A DNA stretch of 64,000 bases, taken from the IMG/VR virus record IMGVR_UViG_3300005683_000019, positions 65,622 to 129,621 of that record, one strand, 5' to 3'. This DNA is from a virus. A model generated the notes under the pieces. It was not told the origin of the DNA and did not search any database. It saw only the letters and a list, made by a program, of their open reading frames with translations. This document shows positions 1-8,332 of this stretch, in pieces (the first letter of the stretch is position 1; each line of letters begins with the position of its first letter). A program made the position numbers and the translations under genes.

Positions 1-1
1 A

Positions 2-307
2 ATCTTTAATTGATTTTACGAACCCGCCGTCAATCAATCTGTTTCTATTATACTTGACTTCTTTGTCATGGTTTCCATTAATGAAATGTTTAGTACCATT
101 TAGCCTAGATAGGATCTTTTCTATTTTATCAATCTTTGCGAACGCAAAATCTCCAAGATGATACACGGTATCTGTGGGCGCTACCTGCACGTTCCAATTT
201 TTGATCATTTTTTCAGTCATGTCGTCCACATCAATGAATGGACGATTAGAGTATTGAATAATTTTTTTGTGGTGCCAATGGCAATCGCTTGTAAAATGTA
301 TAGTCAT
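2..307 (-). CDS. Calcineurin-like metallophosphoesterase, runs off window start
   Basis: Hand translation, not in ORF track: MTIHFTSDCHWHH...YHLGDF...INGNHD (DxH, GD, GNHD motifs). Confidence 0.85.
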   Translation of the reverse strand, partial: MTIHFTSDCHWHHKKIIQYSNRPFIDVDDMTEKMIKNWNVQVAPTDTVYHLGDFAFAKIDKIEKILSRLNGTKHFINGNHDKEVKYNRNRLIDGGFVKSIKD

Positions 308-471
308 ATGAATACCATAAATGTTGTTATGACTAGGATGATAGCACAGATTCTAACCCAAAAGAACCATGTGGAATCCAGTAAATGTAAATCTTTGTGT
401 AGACCGACGTAATATAACCCCCAAACGGAGCAACATACTATTACGGTGAATATTAGTAAAATCAATGACAT
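304..471 (-). CDS. Small membrane protein, 55 aa
   Basis: Hand translation MSLILLIFTVIVCCSVWGLYY...; two hydrophobic stretches; overlaps next start. Confidence 0.4.
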   Translation of the reverse strand: MSLILLIFTVIVCCSVWGLYYVGLHKDLHLLDSTWFFWVRICAIILVITTFMVFI

Positions 472-475
472 AGAA

Positions 476-505
476 AAAGCCCGGTGTAGTGATACACCGG
501 GCTTT
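476..505 (-). terminator. Intrinsic terminator
   Basis: 13-bp stem AAAGCCCGGTGTA/TACACCGGGCTTT, 4-nt loop, T-run, after vWA gene. Confidence 0.8.
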
Positions 506-519
506 GCTCCTTTATTATA

Positions 520-1539
520 TTAGTCTTTAACGAAAACAGATGTACCCTTTTCAATCTTGCGATTTACTGAGGTAGACTGCACAAACACTCGCCAATCGCC
601 ATGATCACCGGGAGTTAACTTAAAGCGACCATCTGGAAGACCAAGAATATGACGCGCTTCTGCGCCGCCATACTTCTTACCATCCTTTGCGACAGTGTTT
701 ACAATAACAATATCTTTACCTTCTTGAATCAGTTCAGGCTTGACCAATTCATAATATGCATTACCCTTTACATAAGGGCGATTGGTAACATTTTCAACGA
801 AATCACGAATCTGGATGGGGCCACTTTGACACGGATAGAGCTTTCCAGACACTTCCACGAGTGTTCCTTTGACAGTGCTCTTTGAGAGAGTGGAAAGATC
901 AGTCTTCGCATAGAAATTGACGGAACGAGTTGCGCCGGTGCTACGTGAAGAAACGTAGCTATCATAACCCCTTGTAAAACTATCAAGTGATTCTTCGAGG
1001 CCGCGCGAACTACCCGCTTTCCAAATTTCAATGTTGTCAGCATCAAAGCCGAGATTCTTCGCAAAGAAAACCCCATTGGCATCTGGCACCTGAACGGCGA
1101 TTGTCCAGCGATCATTCAACCGCTTAAGAATTGTCTTAAGATCTGCAACAGAAGTCTTAGACCGATTTTCTTCACCGTCTGTGATGACGTTCAACAGATA
1201 CGCGTGATCTTCTGTTTCCTTATGCTTGACCTGTAGATTAAGACCGTCACGAACTGCCTTGAGAATGCCATCGATAAGCGCAGTCAATCCACCGGTCTTA
1301 AAACTGACGCGAGATAGATCAGCATCTTCGATTGGCACGTCTACACACACCGCTTGAACAGTGTCCGCAAACATATACAGCGAGAAATATGTTTCTTGAT
1401 TCATTGTACGTGCGCTATTCTGCATCGCCTTGAGTGAACCTTCAATTAGCGAGCGCATTTTACCTTCATATGAAGACATTGAGCCTGACATATCAAGCAC
1501 GTATGCGACGTGATTAACCAACTTCTTTTCTTTAGACAT
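520..1539 (-). CDS. von Willebrand factor A domain protein
   Basis: MIDAS motif VLDMSGSM, GGLTALIDG, ITDGEEN. Confidence 0.85.
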   Translation of the reverse strand: MSKEKKLVNHVAYVLDMSGSMSSYEGKMRSLIEGSLKAMQNSARTMNQETYFSLYMFADTVQAVCVDVPIEDADLSRVSFKTGGLTALIDGILKAVRDGLNLQVKHKETEDHAYLLNVITDGEENRSKTSVADLKTILKRLNDRWTIAVQVPDANGVFFAKNLGFDADNIEIWKAGSSRGLEESLDSFTRGYDSYVSSRSTGATRSVNFYAKTDLSTLSKSTVKGTLVEVSGKLYPCQSGPIQIRDFVENVTNRPYVKGNAYYELVKPELIQEGKDIVIVNTVAKDGKKYGGAEARHILGLPDGRFKLTPGDHGDWRVFVQSTSVNRKIEKGTSVFVKD

Positions 1540-1554
1540 TTTTGTTTTCCTTTA

Positions 1555-2358
1555 TTAAGCGTTATATGCTTCAATGAGATACAGAATTTCTTCAACAATC
1601 GAATCGAACTTTACCGGAGCCATCCTGACCGCATCCTTAATGTCGTCACGCGTGATAGACTTCTTTGCGACAACGATTTTTTCAAACTTGGATGAATCCA
1701 GAGAGAACGTCTTAAGACCGATTGATTTTGAATTGAGTTGCTTCTCAATCAAGTTTTCGACAAGCACCGGTGCACCACTATTGACAGTCTTATAAACGCC
1801 TTCCTGGCGCACTGTGCGCCCAATTTCGATACACATGAGATTGATGGTTGCGGCGATTGGATATCCGTCAAATAGATTCGGATGTTTAATGCCGTCAACA
1901 GTTCGACCCTCAAGATTGACCTTGACACCCTTGCAGACTGTAATATTATTACGATCATGGCCTTGGCGAGCAGCGTCAGAGCGATCCCCTTCAAGAGTCT
2001 TCTTCATAGAGGCAATCAGTCGATTCTTACGATCATTGAAAAGATCTTCTGCAACCTTCGCATCTAGGGAAGATAGCTTTGAATCATTCGACTTTTCGAT
2101 GAATTCCTTTACATCGGAGTAAGAAACACTCTCAAGCGCAGCAATCTTTCGCTTATACAATGCTTCGACGGAAATTCGAGTAATGACTTGAACATCCATG
2201 ATGGGCGAAACAGAATAACCGCTGGTCGGCCTGTAGCCATAGATAGTGCCAATGCCGCCAGCGTTCAGTTCCTTTAGAACATCGAGGGTATCGGATTGCT
2301 CCTTGGAACACCAGAACTTTTCACCTGCATCAGTTGTATACAGCACATTATTAGCCAT
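1555..2358 (-). CDS. Hypothetical protein
   Basis: 267-aa ORF with AAGGA RBS, in operon. Confidence 0.75.
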   Translation of the reverse strand: MANNVLYTTDAGEKFWCSKEQSDTLDVLKELNAGGIGTIYGYRPTSGYSVSPIMDVQVITRISVEALYKRKIAALESVSYSDVKEFIEKSNDSKLSSLDAKVAEDLFNDRKNRLIASMKKTLEGDRSDAARQGHDRNNITVCKGVKVNLEGRTVDGIKHPNLFDGYPIAATINLMCIEIGRTVRQEGVYKTVNSGAPVLVENLIEKQLNSKSIGLKTFSLDSSKFEKIVVAKKSITRDDIKDAVRMAPVKFDSIVEEILYLIEAYNA

Positions 2359-2407
2359 GTTTTTTCCTTAGTAGATTGGAAGATTCTACTACATTGGTTG
2401 TAGAAGG

Positions 2408-2977
2408 TCAAGCGCGAATGAAATTTGTTACATTTTTTGGGAGGATATGTTTAACCGCTCTGTAATATAAGATTGAATCATCGTATAGGTTGAAGGTTAC
2501 ATCCTTTTTATGACCTTCTATATTAACCCAATTAAAGAAATCATCCCACATTTCTTTACCAAGTCCTCTACCCCTCAGTTTTGTCTGAACCCAAAAACAC
2601 GCTTCTCGATTTATGTTATTTGACCCACTGTGCCTCGCAACAGTATACCATGCGACAGGGTGGTCATTAATTAGATAGACTTTGATTATATCAATCTGAT
2701 TGTCATCCATTGTAAAGATCTCATACATCAATCCATCGATAATTTTATGATGCATGTTGCCCAATGCCCGTTTATACTTGTTCGGAATTTCCTTCCAAGT
2801 TTTGTAAGTCATTGTTTTCACAAGAGATTTGTCGATCATCGGTTTGCGTTTCTGCATCATAGATAAATTTATAGCGCCCTCTTGATTGGTCCTGAACAAT
2901 CTGTCCAGAACATCCAGGACGTAATGCAGGAGAAAGTAATACCACGTCTGAAAGAGGGATTTTAAATATTGTACCAT
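2408..2977 (-). CDS. GNAT-family acetyltransferase-like protein (start may be 2839)
   Basis: FWVQTKLRGRGLGKEM resembles GNAT motif A (R-G-x-G-x-G). Confidence 0.55.
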   Translation of the reverse strand: MVQYLKSLFQTWYYFLLHYVLDVLDRLFRTNQEGAINLSMMQKRKPMIDKSLVKTMTYKTWKEIPNKYKRALGNMHHKIIDGLMYEIFTMDDNQIDIIKVYLINDHPVAWYTVARHSGSNNINREACFWVQTKLRGRGLGKEMWDDFFNWVNIEGHKKDVTFNLYDDSILYYRAVKHILPKNVTNFIRA

Positions 2978-3035
2978 CGTCTTCGTTCCTAAATAATCCG
3001 GTTTCTTTGAATTTAATTACATAAGTGACGCGCAT

Positions 3036-3224
3036 TTAACGCCTCTTGACAATTTTAGACAATTCTTTCATTTCCTGCATCCACTGTTTGGCTCGTTGGC
3101 GCCTTAGATAGATTCGCCATTCAAAGATTCCAGCTATGATAGCAAAAACTATCAATCCAATGATAGCGTCCATTTTTGTTGCAATGAAAGGTTCCATGGT
3201 TAGTTCTTTATGATCGTGCCGCAC
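3036..3224 (-). CDS. Small membrane protein
   Basis: One hydrophobic helix followed by a basic tail. Confidence 0.5.
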   Translation of the reverse strand: MRHDHKELTMEPFIATKMDAIIGLIVFAIIAGIFEWRIYLRRQRAKQWMQEMKELSKIVKRR

Positions 3225-3390
3225 TTCTTTTCTTTCTCAAGATGAGAATATTCTTCAATATTATTGTTGTATTACTCACTTTTTCATCCTCTCACAGTGG
3301 ATGATCCATCATAACACATATGAAAGGCTTGACACAAGCCTTAGTTTGATTGTATTGTCCTTGCCATGTTCAACAACGACATGACACATC

Positions 3391-3741
3391 ATGTGTGCCC
3401 CGCCCGCTCTACTCCATACGTACAAACCCAAGAATCTTCCGTGGACTGCTCCGCCAACCGCTCTTCTGTATGCATATCAAAACGCCCGGTGTTTTTATTG
3501 TAACAAATATATCGAGTATATTGCTCATTCAGGTGGCGCTAAGGAAGAGAAGGGCTATACTATCGACCATCTGTTCCCGCGTAGCAAGGGATTCCGTAAG
3601 GCGGGTAATTCAGTGCTCGCGTGTCGTCGATGTAATGAGATCAAGGGAAACCGCTGGCCTACTGTTAAGGAAATCACAAAAGCCAGTGAACTATACACCA
3701 TGATGCAACGCACTTTCATTTTGGAGATGAACAATGAGTAA
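3391..3741 (+). CDS. HNH endonuclease (small, McrA-like)
   Basis: CFYC...TIDHLFPRSKG...NSVLACRRCNEIKG. Confidence 0.85.
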   Translation: MCAPPALLHTYKPKNLPWTAPPTALLYAYQNARCFYCNKYIEYIAHSGGAKEEKGYTIDHLFPRSKGFRKAGNSVLACRRCNEIKGNRWPTVKEITKASELYTMMQRTFILEMNNE

Positions 3742-4204
3742 AGGTTACAGTACCCATTATTCAAATAGCATGGACCCTGTAGCTTTGTCACAGATTGCTG
3801 TCAAATTTGCAAAAGATTTGCTGCACCTATTCCCTCGTAGCAACTTCGTGCTATGCTATAGTGGAATGAGTGGAATTTCTTCTGCCACAATTCTTGGTTT
3901 GAAGCTGCAAGAGATTGACCGGCTTGCCGGAATGATGTATGTACGTAAGTACAATGAGAAGTCGCATGGTCAGCAGGTGGAAAGACACTCGTTCGATCTG
4001 AAAAATAAATTCCGTGGCATCCGACCCATTTTCGTAGATGATTTCATTTGTGACGGGGATACACTTAGGTACGTTGTAAGCAAAGTTCGCGAAACCGAAG
4101 AAGATTGCTGGCCTAGCCAGAGTAACTTCCCAAAAGAAAAATGGTGGTGTGCTCTTTTTGAACCTGAAATGGTGATAGAAAAATATGTTGGAAGCGACGA
4201 GTGA
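3734..4204 (+). CDS. Type I phosphoribosyltransferase-like protein
   Basis: PRPP-binding loop IFVDDFICDGDTL; GMSG loop; YVRK. Confidence 0.7.
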   Translation: MSKGYSTHYSNSMDPVALSQIAVKFAKDLLHLFPRSNFVLCYSGMSGISSATILGLKLQEIDRLAGMMYVRKYNEKSHGQQVERHSFDLKNKFRGIRPIFVDDFICDGDTLRYVVSKVRETEEDCWPSQSNFPKEKWWCALFEPEMVIEKYVGSDE

Positions 4205-4311
4205 AAAATTACGAATTGAGATTCCACTTAAGATGTGCTATCTTGATCCAGAACATGCGCAAGAATGTAAGCGCAATCTCAGAAACGATTTAGAAAACAT
4301 GGACTTAGAAG

Positions 4312-4497
4312 ATGACGCTGGGTGATATTATTGTTTTTTTCGAAACAATTCTACTCTCGATTTATGAATTGTTCAGGTCGATTGTGGTAACATATGGAAT
4401 CATTGTGATTGTGGTTCTGGGCACCCTTGCGGTTCTCTATCCATTTGCACTATTATTCAAACTACTGATTAACTCTGTTGACACGTTGATGGACTAG
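4312..4497 (+). CDS. Small membrane protein
   Basis: Hydrophobic 61-aa ORF. Confidence 0.5.
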   Translation: MTLGDIIVFFETILLSIYELFRSIVVTYGIIVIVVLGTLAVLYPFALLFKLLINSVDTLMD

Positions 4498-4578
4498 GAG
4501 TATAAAAATGGGATACACTACAGAATTTTATGGAAAGCTTCCATAAAATCTCCATCAATAAAAAAATATTTATGGAAG

Positions 4579-4617
4579 TATAAATAAGTTGACAGTCATC
4601 TATACAGACTGTAGACT
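4579..4617 (+). promoter_or_regulatory. TATAAATA box plus sigma70 promoter for tRNA-Arg
   Basis: TATAAATA followed by TTGACA-17bp-TAGACT. Confidence 0.7.
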
Positions 4618-4629
4618 AAGACAAAATAT

Positions 4630-4705
4630 GCGCCTGTGGCTCGAAAGGATAGGCTACGGTCTTCTAAACCGATATATGCGGGTTCGAATCCTGCCGGGCG
4701 CGCCA
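4630..4705 (+). tRNA. tRNA-Arg(TCT)
   Basis: Cloverleaf, loop CT-TCT-AA, TTCGAAT, CCA. Confidence 0.9.
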
Positions 4706-4729
4706 ATTCAAACGCACCTAGTGATAATA

Positions 4730-4936
4730 ATGACCTATAAAAAGCCATGCAATTTCAAGCTGGGCGAAGAAATTCGCGTACTAGGTACTGTTGACTTCTT
4801 CATTGTCAAGGGTATAGAAGCAAAAACTGCGAGCAACAAGTATCAGTATCATCTGCTCTACTGTGAAAATGATGAAGGTGTGAAGAAAACGTTCAAGGAA
4901 TGGGAAGTTATTACGAATGAACCAAATTCTGACTAA
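4730..4936 (+). CDS. Hypothetical protein
   Basis: ATG after tRNA; upstream ORF extension overlaps the tRNA and is discounted. Confidence 0.6.
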   Translation: MTYKKPCNFKLGEEIRVLGTVDFFIVKGIEAKTASNKYQYHLLYCENDEGVKKTFKEWEVITNEPNSD

Positions 4937-5444
4937 AGAAGTTGTAGAGAACTTTTACAACTATAATGCCCCAATTGATGATAAGATCACGTTGGAAAAA
5001 ACTCTTCATGGTAAGACTTTGAAAGATATCCTACGCTTCTCTAAGGAAGAACATGAAGAGTGTCACGGGCATGTGCAGATTTTGTTTCCAAACATTGCTC
5101 CGAGCAAAATGAACCCGTTCGCTCCTGTAATTAAAGACTTTTCAGTGTTTGATGGTGTATACCGATCAATTATTGTAGATACAGTCTTTACTTTCTGCAA
5201 GAATTATGGCTTTGATCCAACATATTACTGCGATGGTTGTAATGTTGACTCTATGAGAATCGCGACATGGCTTCGTGGCGGAAATCATAATGTACTGCGC
5301 ATGTCACGTATCATGAACTTCTTGAAAGGTGTCAATTTTAACATTGAATTTGAAACAATGCGCAACATTCTTTTACATGAAATTGATGCACTTGGCAGAA
5401 GCAAGGAACTCGCGTATACTACATACATCTGGAGGAATCTGTGA
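4917..5444 (+). CDS. OGFr_N (opioid growth factor receptor-like) domain protein
   Basis: EECHGHVQILFP...SKMNPFAP...WLRGGNHNVLRMSRIM matches OGFr conserved-region motifs. Confidence 0.7.
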   Translation: MNQILTKEVVENFYNYNAPIDDKITLEKTLHGKTLKDILRFSKEEHEECHGHVQILFPNIAPSKMNPFAPVIKDFSVFDGVYRSIIVDTVFTFCKNYGFDPTYYCDGCNVDSMRIATWLRGGNHNVLRMSRIMNFLKGVNFNIEFETMRNILLHEIDALGRSKELAYTTYIWRNL

Positions 5445-5538
5445 TGGAAACTGTTAAACTGATTGTGTCAGCGATTGTGATGATTATTTTTATCATCCCA
5501 TTTTGGTGGACAGTTGTAATTTGATATATACAATATAT

Positions 5539-5622
5539 GGGCTTGTGGTGTAATGGCAGCCGCGCTACGCTTAGAACGTAGTCCCTTTTGGGGTGTCAGT
5601 TCGAGTCTGACCAAGCCCACCA
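5539..5622 (+). tRNA. tRNA-Leu(TAG)
   Basis: GGGCTTG/CAAGCCC acceptor, CTACG-CTTAGAA-CGTAG, variable arm, CCA. Confidence 0.9.
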
Positions 5623-5785
5623 AATTTTGGAGATTGTTGTTGCCAGTAGAATCGAAAATTTTTGTATTATTCTGGCTAACGACAATGACATTGATGGTAA
5701 TCAAGCCATTGTTGGCAATTTGTAACATTTTAATTGCTCTTTTTGTTATAACATCTTGGCTGAGAAATCAAGACGGCGAAGATGA

Positions 5786-5814
5786 TTGACAACGAAAGCA
5801 AGTGTTGTTAGTAT
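5786..5814 (+). promoter_or_regulatory. Sigma70 promoter
   Basis: TTGACA-17bp-TAGTAT, 8 nt before the tRNA-like RNA. Confidence 0.7.
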
Positions 5815-5822
5815 GAACTCAT

Positions 5823-5958
5823 GGTTGGATGGCGAAAAGAGAGAAAGATGTCCTCATCGGCGATGGCGATGTTTTTCAGGTAGACGCTACGGGTAGCACC
5901 CTAGGGATTGTGATGCTGCAATAATCTCGTCCAAGTTCAAATCTTGGTCCGACCACCA
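5823..5958 (+). ncRNA. Leu-like tRNA-shaped RNA with D-loop hairpin insert and abnormal anticodon arm
   Basis: GGTTGGA/TCCGACC-A-CCA, T-arm CCAAG-TTCAAAT-CTTGG, GGTAGACGC D motif, about 40-nt hairpin in D-loop. Confidence 0.6.
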
Positions 5959-6152
5959 TTTTTCCACAGTAATCGTTTAAACTGTGGCCGTAATCGACGC
6001 GTTGAATGTCGATCCTATAGCGGTGATGGTGAATGCCGTCTTCTCTGAAATATGGTACATATTTCTAGTCACGCTCTTGGCTATATGACGAACGACATGT
6101 TAAGTCATTTAAGTAAAAACGAAACATGAGCAAGAATGATATATAGAATTAT

Positions 6153-6242
6153 GGGAGACGAAAGTAAGGACCATCTGGTGTAGTCGCTTGGCTGTAAACC
6201 AAGTCCCCACGGGGCAAGGCGTTCGATTCGACCCGTTTCCCA
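6153..6242 (+). tRNA. Atypical tRNA-Tyr(GTA), 8/4 type
   Basis: CTTGG-CTGTAAA-CCAAG; 8-bp acceptor GGGAGACG/CGTTTCCC; 4-bp T-stem with bulged A; no encoded CCA. Confidence 0.7.
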
Positions 6243-6250
6243 ATAATTTT

Positions 6251-6467
6251 GAGGTCTTAGCTAAGTAGGTATTTTAAATCTTTACTGATTTAAAAGGCAG
6301 TCGGAGACTTCACAGTTGATCCGATAGAGGCATGTAGTTGGCCGTTGTCAGTGAAAATTTCACTTGACACAAACCCGAAGTTATGTCATTATTGGCATTG
6401 ATTTTGGGAACTATAGCATCGGTGTGAAGAACCGACAGCGCCGGTTCAATTCCGGCAGACCTCACCA
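6251..6467 (+). tRNA. tRNA-Phe(GAA) interrupted by 142-nt D-loop insert (6272-6413)
   Basis: Removing insert gives GAGGTCT TA GCTA AGTAGGTA TAGC A TCGGT GTGAAGA ACCGA CAGC GCCGG TTCAATT CCGGC AGACCTC A CCA. Confidence 0.85.
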
Positions 6468-6678
6468 AGTTTAAAATGTTTATAAACCGAAGAAAGTGGG
6501 TTATCTTATATGATAGCTAGGCCGGTTGTAGAGAGCCTAAAAAGTGTATGATACTGACATGCAAATAAGTGTCATGGCTAGACAAGAATCTAGATCGCAA
6601 CCAACACTACAAGTAAAATTGGAAGTGTGTCGATAGCGAAATATCGACGTCCCATTTTCATAAATTGTTTATAGATAT

Positions 6679-6754
6679 GGCTCGTTAACTCAGTTGGTAG
6701 AGTGTCGCTCCTACAAAGCGAATGTCGTAGGTTCGAACCCTACACGAGCCACCA
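6679..6754 (+). tRNA. tRNA-Val(TAC)
   Basis: Cloverleaf, loop CC-TAC-AA (C33), CCA. Confidence 0.85.
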
Positions 6755-6905
6755 AATTAACATAGAACTTAACAAATAATTAAAACTCTGGCAGGTAGCG
6801 TACCTTACGCCAAAAGTAAAAAAACGTATCAGGGAGTAGAGTTCTCCCAAGCCGTGAAGTTCTATGTTATTCTACTTCTTGACAAATAGAACAAGGATTA
6901 TTTTA

Positions 6906-7481
6906 ATGAATTTCAGGGATACGATGCAGGATTGTTTCTATAGATACCCAAGTTTGTTTCCTCATCCATTGAGCGTGGCGGTCCATCTATTTTTCGTCAT
7001 TGGTAATGGTTATGAATGGGTTGATGGAGAACTGATTGCTTCAAAAAAGAAGCAACCAGCTAAGAGTTTTACACGTCATAAACGTAAAGCTCATATTATT
7101 GAGCTTTCATCGCGCGATGAACTAATCTTGCCGGAATCTGAGAAAAAGGTATTAGAACTACACAACTTTAAGAGACATGAAGATTTTAAAGTCTTCAAGA
7201 AGCTCATTCCGAAAATGTTGGACGTGCCGTGTACAACTGTCCCCGGAATTCCTTTTCCAAAAGATTTTTGTTACTATACGATTAACATTTCGACTCTTGC
7301 TAGCCTGTATACCTTTCCAAGTAATATTAAACCAGATTGGGCGAAAGCATTGAAAGATGCATTGCATTGGGGTATTTGGAACTTGGAGTCATATAAAAGG
7401 GAGCGTTCAAAGGAAAATGTAGGAGAATCCATGGATAGATTGCTTACTACCTTAAAACGCTTGCGCGAACTAACAGGTTGA
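6906..7481 (+). CDS. Hypothetical protein
   Basis: ORF; start moved to MNFRD after AAGGA. Confidence 0.7.
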   Translation: MNFRDTMQDCFYRYPSLFPHPLSVAVHLFFVIGNGYEWVDGELIASKKKQPAKSFTRHKRKAHIIELSSRDELILPESEKKVLELHNFKRHEDFKVFKKLIPKMLDVPCTTVPGIPFPKDFCYYTINISTLASLYTFPSNIKPDWAKALKDALHWGIWNLESYKRERSKENVGESMDRLLTTLKRLRELTG

Positions 7482-7518
7482 CTCGGAGTAACAGATTAGG
7501 TATAGTCATTACACATAA

Positions 7519-7608
7519 GGGACGGTCGTCAAGTTGGCCGAAGACACCGGACTTTTAATCCGACAGGGGGAACCCTCACCGTAGGTTCGAATCCTACTCG
7601 TCCCACCA
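7519..7608 (+). tRNA. tRNA with Lys anticodon (TTT) and long variable arm
   Basis: Loop CT-TTT-AA, variable hairpin AGGG-GGAA-CCCT, class-II-like D-loop, A-CCA. Confidence 0.8.
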
Positions 7609-7634
7609 ATAAATCTGATTCTAGGCATACTAAA

Positions 7635-7904
7635 ATGCATAATGAATACGCAACGCTAGAAGACTTGACTGAAGCTACAAACATTGTTAATATTGCATAC
7701 CAAATCATCAGAATGCACAAAACTATTTTGCGTCAGAAGCAACAAATCATCGAACTTGAAGAATACCGCAAGAATTATATTGAATTGCTGAACAATTCTG
7801 TCGAGCACGGTGATAAGATGATGCATAATATGGTACAGATTCTTATGATCGATGGGGTAAGCGAAGCTATCCTGAATAATGGCCAAACCAAGGATTTCCC
7901 ATGA
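7635..7904 (+). CDS. Hypothetical coiled-coil protein
   Basis: 89-aa ORF. Confidence 0.65.
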   Translation: MHNEYATLEDLTEATNIVNIAYQIIRMHKTILRQKQQIIELEEYRKNYIELLNNSVEHGDKMMHNMVQILMIDGVSEAILNNGQTKDFP

Positions 7905-8185
7905 TCAACGATCCCCTAACGGCAGACATCAATACAGTTCTCGATGATATTATGCGCAGAATTGGCCCAATATCATATCCAGAAGATGAACCTGTGGTTA
8001 GATCGGCTTCCCAATCTCTTTTGGAACGCGGGTGGCTTCCAAGTGAAATTGTCGAATATCAGAAATATTGTGAATCGGTTGACAAATTGATTGACGAAGA
8101 TGTAGCATTGGCACGAATGCAGACGATCATAGATCGTGTTTGCAAGCGTGCGCCAACACTAAATAAAACTAATATGGTAGTCTAG
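7901..8185 (+). CDS. Hypothetical protein
   Basis: Overlaps upstream stop; 94 aa. Confidence 0.65.
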   Translation: MINDPLTADINTVLDDIMRRIGPISYPEDEPVVRSASQSLLERGWLPSEIVEYQKYCESVDKLIDEDVALARMQTIIDRVCKRAPTLNKTNMVV

Positions 8186-8211
8186 CTCTCGGGGAGAGCA
8201 ACACCGTTACA
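8176..8211 (+). tRNA. 5' half of split tRNA (partner at 9092-9146)
   Basis: GGTAGTC TA GCTC TCGGGGA GAGC A ACACC; both strands pair with the 3' half. Confidence 0.75.
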
Positions 8212-8213
8212 CT

Positions 8214-8288
8214 CCTAGTTTGCCTGTCGGTTGAAAGGTCACACCTGATAAGTGTGTATAGTCCGTTAGACTCGGATAACTAGGACCA
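8214..8288 (+). tRNA. tRNA-Ile(GAT), atypical T-loop TTAGACT
   Basis: CCTAGTT/AACTAGG-A-CCA; CACAC-CTGATAA-GTGTG. Confidence 0.75.
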
Positions 8289-8332
8289 ATAAAAAACGAA
8301 CCTTTTTATACACTTTCCATAAATATGGATAT

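Noticed and set aside
6272-6413. Standard group I or group II intron
   Set aside because: Too short, no P4-P6, guanosine-binding pair would be G-U, no GUGYG start or domain V; kept as an unknown element
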